Assembly: GCA_965261595.1 (NCBI GenBank)
Contig: CBDHDG010000004.1
Location: forward strand, 448,001-512,000
Reading direction: 5' to 3'
Length of the DNA stretch: 64,000 bases
Origin: a bacterium
GTDB lineage: Bacteria; UBA8248; JACPRG01; G963555815
The position numbers were made by a program, and so were the translations under genes. Shown in pieces: positions 51,261-60,082 of this stretch. Below the pieces are notes generated by a model. That model made no database searches. It saw nothing but the letters and a program-made list of their open reading frames with translations, and was not told the DNA's origin. Positions within the stretch are counted from its first letter, which is position 1. The number at the start of each line of letters is the position of its first letter.

Positions 51261-51760
51261 CGCGACACCCCTTTCTCCATGAATCATGGATCAATCGAGT
51301 GTCCAACAAAACCCTAGAGCGGGGGAGCGCCGTCTTCATCCACCCAACCGTTTTCAGCTTTGGTCTGGACTTTTATCTCGGTTGGGCCTTCTGCAATTGT
51401 CTTTAGCGGTATCTTCTGGGCCCACTGCCATATTTTTTGCACGCTGCCAAATATTTTCTTCCGCCAGTAGATGGCGCTGGGAAGCAACGCAAGGAAAAGC
51501 ATTCCCCCCCAGCCCCAATGTCCAAGTGGAAGCCAAGGTTCCATCAGAAACCCCAAGAAGACCGGGGCGGCAGAAAGGCCCCCGACAGCGAGAATGCCCA
51601 TCCGCCCCTTCTGCCAGATGGCGGCTGAATTGTCAACCCTTCTTTGTAATTCCCAAACAAAACCTCGTCCTGGATCGGACCTGGCGGTTTGACCGGTGGG
51701 AGAACTTCTGTTGGCAGGTTCGGCTTTCCGTCGAGGATGTCCGCATGGTGGACTGCCGGG

Positions 51761-53218
51761 CTATCCGTTGGGATAAGAGCCCTCAGCGGCATCAGGGCCG
51801 CTGAGCCGCAGGCCCGCGCGGAGAAGATACACGGCAATCCCTGCAAACACAAGGATGAAGAGCGAAAGCTCTATCGCCCGCTCCCGGACGCCGAGGGCCA
51901 CCTGTTGCATCAGGTAGTAGAGGGAGTTCCCCCCCCCCGAGAGGTGTGCGATCTCCATCTCGATTCTCTTCTGAAACCTGTTCGACAGCTTTGCGACCTC
52001 AGGGGGCGGTTTCGTCCGGAACAAGGCCAGCGCCCGCTCAAACTGGCGGACCGCCTCCCGCTTGAAGCGGGGGCCTTTCAACCGCTTCAACACCATCGCC
52101 AAATCGAAGTGAAGCAGCGCGTCGCCCGGCAGCCAAGCAATGGCCTCTTGGAAGGCCGCCGCGGCCCTTGAAGGGTCTTCCTTGGCCATGTAGAGACCTT
52201 GCCCAGCTCCCGGGCCTTGGCGCCTCGCCTATTCCCGGTAAACCGGGCGTTTTTCATCCAAGCTGTCAAGCCCCCGTTGAATCCGCTGCCGGAACGACGC
52301 CCGCTCTTCGCCCGTCATGGTGACCGCCCGCTGGGCGAACACGGCATCGGCCTTGCGGAAGTGCCTCAGGGCGTCCTGGTCGCGGCCTTTGAACCGGGTG
52401 TAGGCCTCGGCGAGACGAAGGTGGAGACGGGGATCGTTCGGCGCGTAAACCAGCGCTTTTTTGTATTGAATGGCGGCCTTGTCGTACCACTTTCCGTTGA
52501 AATGATATTCCCCGACCTTGACGATGGTTTGCACCAGCATGTTGCGCGCCCGATCGTACGCGGGGACCAGCTCCACCACCCGCGCCAGCAGGTGCTCTCC
52601 CCTCGGCTTCTGCTGGTTCTTTCGCATCCTTTCCTCGCCGATGCTGGTCAGCTCCTTCGCCAACACCAGACGCGCCTTGGAATCCCGGGGGTTCTTCGTC
52701 ATCAACTTCTCAAGGGAAAAAATCTCCGGCGCGCCGCTCAACCCTCTCTTGTCCCGAGGAATCAAAAATCCCACCACGCTCCAAAGCGCGTCCTTGGGAT
52801 GAGCGGGATCCAGCCGCCCAATCTCCCGCAGGACGTTCGACCCGATGGGAAGACGCTTGAGCGCCGCCGCATAGGCCCGGCCGGCGCGCGCGTTGAGGTT
52901 CAAGGCCTCAAAGTGGCGGCCCAGGACTTCGTGGCCACGCGGGTCTTTGGGGCATTGACGGATGGCCCCCCGGATGAGATTTTCCCGAATGCCGGGCGCG
53001 GCGGCTTTGGCCGCTTCCAGATATTTTTCGGCCGCCTTCTGGCATTCCACCGCCTCTTCCGCCCGGACCTGCCCGGGCGACAAGCACGCAACGGCCAGCA
53101 CAAGGACCGCCAGCGGCCCCGCAACACGAACACGCAGCCTGCAATCCGAGCGTCTGTCTCGACTTGAATCAACCCCGCCGAATGCCGTCATCTGAATTCC
53201 CAGTGAATACCCCGGCAC
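51761..53218 (-). pseudogene. TPR-repeat exported protein with C-terminal TM anchor; in-frame TAG at 52229-52231
   Basis: Signal-like LAVLVLAVAC, TPR-like helices (AAIQYKKALVYAPNDPRLHLRLA; AAAAFQEAIAWLPGDALLHFDLA); both ORFs share a frame. Confidence 0.6.
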
Positions 53219-53315
53219 CTCCCCGGATGTCCCGGCAGGAAAAACGGGCCGTCCGGATGACGCCGGAACCGTTGAGCCGGCATCAGATCCACCCCCCTCC
53301 CCCTTCCCTCCCCCG

Positions 53316-54584
53316 TCAGAGGTGAAGGACAGGGGCCAGCGATTCGCTCAAATCCTCATCGGCGACAAACGCGGCGGTCAACTCCTCCTCGCGAAAGACC
53401 TGCTTCGCCACCCGACGGACGTCCTCCCGTGTCACCTGCCCCAGGGCATCCAATTCCTCCCGGAGCGTTCGGACCTCCCCGTCCAGCAGGAGGCCCTCGC
53501 CGTTTCGCTCGGCGAAGTCGTCGGATTCCTCCCGCACGAGCAGAAGACCGCGCAGGTGATTCACCGCGGCCTCCAACTCCTCATCGTCCACCAGGTCTTC
53601 CCGAATCCGGGCGGCCTCCGCCAGAATGACGCGCGTCGCCTCGATGGCCTTGTCCAGCGCGACGCCGGCCTTCAGTTCCACATAGCCCGTATCCGTGAAA
53701 CGGTGCGCCCGCGAATGCACGCTGTACGCCAGCCCGCGCTTCTCGCGCACCTCGTCGAACAGCCGGCTGGACATTTTCCCGCCCAGGATGTCGTTGAGCA
53801 GACGGAGCGCCGGGAGATCGGGATCCTGCCGCCCCGGAGCCCGAAATCCGATGGCCAGATTGACCTGGTCGGTCTGTCGGACGACGCTGCAGATTCGCCT
53901 CGCGCTCTTTTCCGGCAGGTCCGGGCGGGCGGGCCCGGCGTCCCGCGCCGGGCGCGAGCCAAAATACTCCTCGGCCAGGTCCTTCATCGTCCGGTGATCC
54001 AGACGGCCCGCGGCGGAGATGACCGTATTCGCGGGCCGGTACCAATCGGCCATAAGCGCCCGCATGTGTTCGGTCCGGATACTGTCGATGGTCTCCCGGT
54101 TTCCGATGACGCCGACCTGGAGATTGAACATGGTGGTCTCCAACCGGTCACTCACGACAAACCGCGGCATGTCCTCATACATCTTGAGTTCTTCCTGAAT
54201 GACCTGGCGCTCCTTTTCCCACTCCGTCGGGTCGATCAGGCTGTTACCGAGGGCATCAGCGTAGACCGGCAGAACCTTCTCCAGGACCTCCGCCGGCGCG
54301 ACGAAGAAATAGCACGTGCGCTCGGGTCCGGTGTTGGCGTTGATCGTCGCCCCCACGCCTTCCATTTCCTGGGCGATCTGGAGATAGGTGCGCGTCGGCG
54401 TGCCCTTGAACATCATGTGCTCGAGGGCGTGCGAAACCCCGACGACCTCGTCGGCTTCGTGTCGGCCGCCGCACCCGAAATAAACGTGGAACGCCACGGC
54501 TTCGGTGTTCGAGCGTTCCTGCGTGACAATGCGGATTCCGTTGCTGAGTGTGTCCGTTTGAAGCTCCATTTGGGTGTCGCTCAT
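53316..54584 (-). CDS. M16 (pitrilysin/MPP-like) zinc peptidase
   Basis: GVSHALEHMMFKGT (HxxEH), SSRLFDEVREKRGLAY. Confidence 0.93.
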   Translation of the reverse strand: MSDTQMELQTDTLSNGIRIVTQERSNTEAVAFHVYFGCGGRHEADEVVGVSHALEHMMFKGTPTRTYLQIAQEMEGVGATINANTGPERTCYFFVAPAEVLEKVLPVYADALGNSLIDPTEWEKERQVIQEELKMYEDMPRFVVSDRLETTMFNLQVGVIGNRETIDSIRTEHMRALMADWYRPANTVISAAGRLDHRTMKDLAEEYFGSRPARDAGPARPDLPEKSARRICSVVRQTDQVNLAIGFRAPGRQDPDLPALRLLNDILGGKMSSRLFDEVREKRGLAYSVHSRAHRFTDTGYVELKAGVALDKAIEATRVILAEAARIREDLVDDEELEAAVNHLRGLLLVREESDDFAERNGEGLLLDGEVRTLREELDALGQVTREDVRRVAKQVFREEELTAAFVADEDLSESLAPVLHL

Positions 54585-54948
54585 TCCATTCGGGTCCCGG
54601 CGTTCAACGGATGAGAAAGCCTCTGAGACGCTCTTCCACTCTAACGATGCATTATAGGCGCCCGGTGAATTCCAAACAACAGGCGGTCCGCGGCGCTCCG
54701 GGATATTCATTGACTTGGGTCCGGCAATCTTTTACGTTGATACATGGTCTTTCCCCCGGGGACGCATCGGCGGAAGAAAAAGAGGCCCCGAAGGCGATCC
54801 GGGCGCGAAAGCGGGTGGATGAAGGGGGCTGTCACCGTCAAAAGTCGAACCCTTCTGGAATGTCGAAGCGATCGGGAACCGTCACCTTGCGGATAACACA
54901 AATTCGGCGTCGGAACGGCTCGCCCGCCGGAGGAGGAAACGAAGAACG

Positions 54949-55248
54949 ATGATTACGGTTGGCCTTTATTACGACGTAAAGCCCGGGAAAGAGGCGATCT
55001 TCGAAGAGAAATTCGAAGAAGTGCTGGGAGTGCTTGCGGATCAATCGGGCCACAAAGTCAGTTACCTCTACCATCAGGTCAAGCGGCCCAATTCATACGC
55101 CATCCTTTCCGAGTGGGAAAACCGGGAGGATTTCGTAGGCTTCATCAAGAGCGACCTGTTCAAACAAGTCACCGATTGGGGGCTGGATGAGGTTTTGGAA
55201 AATCGTCCGACTCACAAAGTGTACGGCCACGAGGGCGACATGAAGTGA
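54949..55248 (+). CDS. Antibiotic biosynthesis monooxygenase (ABM) family protein
   Basis: VKPGKE..FE..F, SEWE..EDF..F..SD.F; GGAGG RBS. Confidence 0.8.
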   Translation: MITVGLYYDVKPGKEAIFEEKFEEVLGVLADQSGHKVSYLYHQVKRPNSYAILSEWENREDFVGFIKSDLFKQVTDWGLDEVLENRPTHKVYGHEGDMK

Positions 55249-55648
55249 ATTCGGCGAAGACCGATGTCGGCGCCTCGAAGTTGAGCAGCCTTAAATATCT
55301 TCCCCGCGCCGGAAGGTTTCCCCCGAGTCTGGAAAGGGTTGTCCCAGGGGCGTCTTCGCCCGCTGCCCCCTGCCCTTGGGCGCGGGAAAGCTCAGGTTCA
55401 CCGCCTTGGGGAACCGATTTTCCGGGTTTCTCCGCGTGAAAATCACCCGCCCAAGCCGCACATGACTCCGTGAGCGCGTAAAAGGCTTTTCAGCTTCACG
55501 GCAAACCGGTAGAATCACGGCATCCGGAAGACAGCGCCGCCTCTCGTGCTTGAGCGCCCGCGGCTGGGAGCGCGTTTAGGCGTCATACGAAAGTCGAGTG
55601 GACGGAGCCCTTTTACTTTTAGTCAACCTGAAACCAAAGGAGTTCACT

Positions 55649-56446
55649 ATGGATCTCGGGCTTCAAGGAAAGGTCGCCATCATAAACGGTGGCAGCAAGG
55701 GCATCGGGAAAAGCTCGGCTGTGTTTCTGGCGGAGGAGGGCGCTGAGGTCGGTATCTGCGCCCGCAACCAAGAGGGCATGGATGCAGCCGCAAAAGAGAT
55801 TCGCAACAAGACCGGAAAGGAGATCTTCATCATTCCGGCCGACACCACCCGGGAGGCCGACGCCCAGAACTTCGCCCGGAAGTGCGTCGAGCACTTCGGT
55901 CACGTGGACATCCTGATCAATTGTGCGGGTGGCTCACCTGGCGGAACGATCGATCAGATCACCGAGGCCGACTGGATGTCAAGCCTCAATCTAAAGTTCA
56001 TGGGCTACGTGCGCTGTACGACAGCGATTGTCTCCCATATGCGAGAGCGCAAGTACGGGCGAATCGTCAACGTCATCGGCAACGACGGCATAAAACCAAT
56101 TCACTTTGAACTCACGCCCGGCGCGGCCAACGCCGCCGGCATCAACTTCACACTGGCGATGTCCGAGTCCCTGGCGCTGGACAACGTCCTCATCAACGCC
56201 GTGAACCCCGGCCCGGTGGACACCGACCGCTGGTGGGGGCTGGTGGACACCATGGCCAAGGGAAAGGGCTGTACGCGGGAGGAAGCCGCGCAGATCGCCC
56301 TCAAGAGCCTTCCGCTGGGACGGTTTTGCACAGCCGATGAGGTGGCGGGCCTTGTCGTATTTCTTGCTTCGGAACGAGCCAGCTACATCACCGGGGCCTC
56401 CATCACAGTCGACGGTGCCCAACGGAAGGCCCTGATGGACGTCTAG
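55649..56446 (+). CDS. SDR oxidoreductase
   Basis: MDLGLQGK, GGSKGIG, NAVNPGPV.T.RW; atypical active site (PGAANAA). Confidence 0.9.
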   Translation: MDLGLQGKVAIINGGSKGIGKSSAVFLAEEGAEVGICARNQEGMDAAAKEIRNKTGKEIFIIPADTTREADAQNFARKCVEHFGHVDILINCAGGSPGGTIDQITEADWMSSLNLKFMGYVRCTTAIVSHMRERKYGRIVNVIGNDGIKPIHFELTPGAANAAGINFTLAMSESLALDNVLINAVNPGPVDTDRWWGLVDTMAKGKGCTREEAAQIALKSLPLGRFCTADEVAGLVVFLASERASYITGASITVDGAQRKALMDV

Positions 56447-56545
56447 CCCCCGCGCGGTCAACAGGGATCGGTGCGGAGAATCTTGTCTATAAAGCCGGAT
56501 GCGGGCCTCAAATCGCCCCCATCCCAATGCGAAAGGGAGAAAACG

Positions 56546-57541
56546 GTGTCTAACGTTCAACTTGGCTTCGCGTGCGCGGATTACGACCGGACCCGATACA
56601 TCGAGGACGGAACCGTCAAGCCCACCGGGATCGACCTCAACTACATCCGCTTACCGGTTGAAGATATTTTCTGGCGCCAGAGCAAGTTCCAGGAATTCGA
56701 CGTGTCGGAGATGAGCTTCTCCGCCTACCTAATCTTTCGTTCCCGGCCCAACCCTCCGTTCAAGGCCATCCCGATCTTTCCCTCCAAGTTTTTTCGGCAC
56801 TCATGCGTCTTCATCAACAAGAACGCCGGAATCGAGAAACCCGAGGACTTGGCCGGGCGGCGCATCGGTGTGCCCGAATACGCGATGACAGCCATCGTCT
56901 GGCTCCGGGGGACCTTCCACAACGAGTACGGTGTGGACCAAACCGGCGTCACCTGGGTAACGGGGGGCCTGGAGGAATGGGGCCGGAAGGAGCGCGTCGA
57001 CCTGAACCTTCCCGACTCCATCACCGTCGAGAGCGCACCAGCGCCCAAAACCCTCAATGATATGCTGGACACGGGCGAGATCGACGCGCTGTTCACCGCG
57101 CGGGCACCCTCCTCATTCAACCATCCCGGGTCCAACATTGTCCGCCTCTTCCCCAATTTTAAAGAAGTCGAAATAGACTACTACAAACGGACCGGAATCT
57201 ACCCCATCATGCACCTCGTCGTCATCAAGGAGTCCATCCTCGCGGAGCATCCCTGGGTCGCCCAGAACCTCTATGAAGCCCTGTGCGAGTCCAAGGACGT
57301 CGCCATCAAGACCTTAGAAGAGACCGGAGCGTTGGCGGCTACCCTTCCCTGGCTGATTCACGAGATAGAATTCAGCAAACAGGTGCTCGGCGAAGACTAT
57401 TGGTCCTACGGTGTCAAAGCCAACCGGACAACCATCGAAGCCCTGACGCAGTACTCTTTCGAACAGGGGTTATCCGAGCGGAAGCTTTCGGTCGAGGAAC
57501 TGTTCGTGGAAGCGACGCTGGAGGACGTGGTACATCTCTGA
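56546..57541 (+). CDS. 4,5-dihydroxyphthalate decarboxylase-like protein (OphC/Pht5 family)
   Basis: DYDRT, EFDVSEMS, FRHS, GVPEY.MTA.VW, YPIMH, YGVKANR. Confidence 0.85.
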   Translation: MSNVQLGFACADYDRTRYIEDGTVKPTGIDLNYIRLPVEDIFWRQSKFQEFDVSEMSFSAYLIFRSRPNPPFKAIPIFPSKFFRHSCVFINKNAGIEKPEDLAGRRIGVPEYAMTAIVWLRGTFHNEYGVDQTGVTWVTGGLEEWGRKERVDLNLPDSITVESAPAPKTLNDMLDTGEIDALFTARAPSSFNHPGSNIVRLFPNFKEVEIDYYKRTGIYPIMHLVVIKESILAEHPWVAQNLYEALCESKDVAIKTLEETGALAATLPWLIHEIEFSKQVLGEDYWSYGVKANRTTIEALTQYSFEQGLSERKLSVEELFVEATLEDVVHL

Positions 57542-57577
57542 GCAGAAGAACTCAGCGAACAGGAAGCGGACACGGTA

Positions 57578-58542
57578 GTGCGGGGGCTTCAGTCCTGGCA
57601 AGAGATTACAGATCACGAACCAGCGGAGGCTTTAGCTTCCGCGCTACACACCTTATCTATTCGGAATTATGACGCAATGGTTTCTAATTGGCGAATGACC
57701 ATATCTGAAAATAAAGTTCTGGTAGAAGCACTCGAATCCTTGGTCGAACGCAACTTGTTTTATCCATCATCGGGGGGTGATCTGCCCCACTCCATAAGCA
57801 TGTTTTCACAGTGGATCGAAGACTTTTGGTTTGTTGATCTCAGCTATCCTATCCGCGCCCGTAACTCCGCACCCGCAAAAACGCGTCCGGTTCTCAACTG
57901 CAAATCCGGACCCCCATCGGGTGATTTTCCCCCTCGCCTCGATGGAAATAAGGTCACCACAAGGTCGATGGCTAAATTCCTCTATGGGGGCTACAACTTC
58001 CTGGAACACGAGACTGAGTACATATGTGGACTGCCTCTCCCCAGGGTTTTTGAACTTTATGAGAGGGGGCGCGGCCCCTTTATAAAGGAAGCAAAGTTTG
58101 AGATTTGCGTTTCCCATGAGACATACGAAAATGCGGACATGATCAGGAACATTCGAATTCATCGATGCCGTGGCCTAGGCGACGAGACCTTCCTGTATTT
58201 TTTCAAGAACAAGGGATGCCCGCTATCCATTTTCTACTACCGTGGAGACAGCCGGGAGAGGGCGGAAGCGGTTTCTATTGGCTTAACGGCTCAAAACTAA
58301 AGACTGTACTCGAAGTATTGGAAAACGGAGGTTTGATAGTTACGGACGGTTCCAACTGCGATGATCCAGCGACAAAACAACTAAACCCCACTGGGCGAGG
58401 CTTTGCCTCCCTCGAGGAATTCAACGACAAGACCGATGGCAATCGCATGCGTCTGGCAGAGCCTTTTGTGTTCTCCGATAGAAAGTTTATCTGCCTCGGG
58501 TACGTTGACAATTTGGTAATCTGGCAAGTTACGAAAGTCTAA
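57578..58542 (+). pseudogene. Low-GC hypothetical protein, frameshifted near 58253
   Basis: LFYPSSGGD..FWFVD..FYYRGDS, then (other frame) GEGGSGFYWL..GGLIVTDGSN..VIWQV. Confidence 0.6.
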
Positions 58543-58587
58543 ATGCACAACTTGGGTTGGCCCCGGGTGTCATGGATCATCCAGACA

Positions 58588-59400
58588 TCAGGTGACGGGC
58601 GGGCGGTTGAGTATTTCGTAGATTTCTACCCGCCGATCCCAAAAAATGTTGTTGAACTTGTTGAAGTCTTTGTCTCTCGACCGCTCAGGCTGAATTTCCA
58701 CAACCTGCCCTTCTGGATCTTTGTCCCCCGCCCGGACCAGGAGCCTGCCCCGGGGATCGACGACCTGGCTGCCCCCCGTGTAGGTCAGCGTCTCGCCGGG
58801 TTTGCGCTTATCCCGACCCGTCCGGTTGCACGTCACGGCAAAGACGCGGTTTTCGAGGCAGCGGATCAGCATCGCCTGGTGACACAGCGTGAAGATCAGG
58901 TTGGATGGATGGCAGAGGATGTCGGCGCCTTGCAGAGCCAGCATCCGGGCAGTCTCGGGAAAGATCCAATCGAAGCAGATCATCAGGCCGAGCCGAACGC
59001 CGCCTACATCGAAGACCGGGGGCGGCTCCTTCCCCGACTGAAACCAGCGCTTCTCTTCGTAGAACAGGTGAAGTTTTCTGTACCGCCCGACGCAACCCTC
59101 CGGTCCGACAAGGACGCAGGCATTGTAGATCTCCCCGCCGTCGCGCTCGGCCAGCCCGGCTGCGATGTACATCCCGTGCTCATCCGCCAAGTCCATCAGG
59201 GCCGTGCACGTCTCTCCGCCGGGGATTGGCTCGGCCAGATCCCGGGCCTCGTCCTCCGACACGAATTGATAGCCTGTGTTGAAGAGCTCCGGCAGGACGA
59301 TCAGGTCCGCTTCCAGACCGGGCAGGGCCCCGCGCACACGGGCCACATTGCCCGCCGGGTCGCCGAAAACCGGCGCGAATTGATAGAAGCCGACGCGCAT
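58588..59400 (-). CDS. Carbon-nitrogen hydrolase (nitrilase superfamily)
   Basis: LPELFNTGY, YRKLHL, ICFDWIFPE catalytic triad. Confidence 0.92.
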   Translation of the reverse strand: MRVGFYQFAPVFGDPAGNVARVRGALPGLEADLIVLPELFNTGYQFVSEDEARDLAEPIPGGETCTALMDLADEHGMYIAAGLAERDGGEIYNACVLVGPEGCVGRYRKLHLFYEEKRWFQSGKEPPPVFDVGGVRLGLMICFDWIFPETARMLALQGADILCHPSNLIFTLCHQAMLIRCLENRVFAVTCNRTGRDKRKPGETLTYTGGSQVVDPRGRLLVRAGDKDPEGQVVEIQPERSRDKDFNKFNNIFWDRRVEIYEILNRPPVT

Positions 59401-59422
59401 CGCTCCCGCCCCTCCCCGCTGC

Positions 59423-59890
59423 CTACTTGTCTTTGAAGGTGAACACGTTGTCTTTGAGGTAACCGGCCGCCTCATAGAGGTCCAGCATAGGGGGCGTCCC
59501 GGTTCCCATGGTGATCAGGTCTTCGGTGTTCTCGGCCGGATTGGCGAAACCGTGCTTGACCCCGGCCGGGGCAAAGACCAGGTCGCCTTCCGTCACGTCG
59601 TGCCACCGGTCGTGCAGAAACACCCTGCCCTTTCCCCGGAAGATGAGGATCACGTCTTCGGCGACGGCATGGACGTGGGGCTCGAAGGCCTGGCCGGGCT
59701 TGAGCCGCGCCGAATGAGTGCTGAGCATCCGCGCTCCCATTCCGGGCCACACCAGGAGTCGCAGCGTGCCGTTGGGAAGCTCGTGGGCCGCTTGGCTGTC
59801 GTTGATGTTGAAGACCCCGCCCTCGCGTTGAACCTCTTCGATAGTCTTGTCTTCGCCGCGCTTTGAAGCGCCTTTTCCCGAAGGGGTCAT
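59423..59890 (-). CDS. Cupin domain protein
   Basis: PHVHAVAED..G, GDLVFAPAGVKH. Confidence 0.85.
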   Translation of the reverse strand: MTPSGKGASKRGEDKTIEEVQREGGVFNINDSQAAHELPNGTLRLLVWPGMGARMLSTHSARLKPGQAFEPHVHAVAEDVILIFRGKGRVFLHDRWHDVTEGDLVFAPAGVKHGFANPAENTEDLITMGTGTPPMLDLYEAAGYLKDNVFTFKDK

Positions 59891-60082
59891 TCACCACCTC
59901 CTGTGAGTTTTTTCCGCGTGTTAATTTCCGCTCAGCGTTGAAGGCCTTTTGCAGGTATCACTTGATGTGCCGGGCGGAGGCGCAAATCGCTTGACCCTCA
60001 GCCTCCGCCGGCCTTTGGTTTGTTGTCGCGGAGGGTGAACAACCTCCGCGCCGCACGAAACGCATCAACAATGACCGCGCGC

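Larger units (their letters stand above)
49923..51326 (-). mobile_element. IS3-family element, copy 4 (1404 bp), TSD GCGC
   Basis: GCGC at 49919-49922 and 51327-51330. Confidence 0.95.
49645..51601 (-). pseudogene. IS1595 passenger gene 1 (182 aa, N-terminal hydrophobic helices), split by IS3 copy 4
   Basis: ..WVDEDGA|IKLLIASSLVRLRLP..AIRAKR* is in frame after removing the IS and one GCGC. Confidence 0.7.
46694..51654 (+). mobile_element. IS1595-family element with passenger genes (~2.15 kb before two IS3 insertions); 24-bp TIRs, 8-bp TSD
   Basis: TIRs GGGGATTACAAAGAAGGGTTGACA and (reverse complement) GGGAATTACAAAGAAGGGTTGACA; AAACAAAA at 46686-46693 and 51655-51662. Confidence 0.93.
46413..51804 (+). 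pseudogene. Small membrane-anchored hypothetical protein (~140 aa) split by the IS1595 element
   Basis: Removing 46694-51654 and one AAACAAAA joins ..DLYHVKQ to NLVLDRTWRFDRWENFC..QGR* in frame. Confidence 0.7.
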
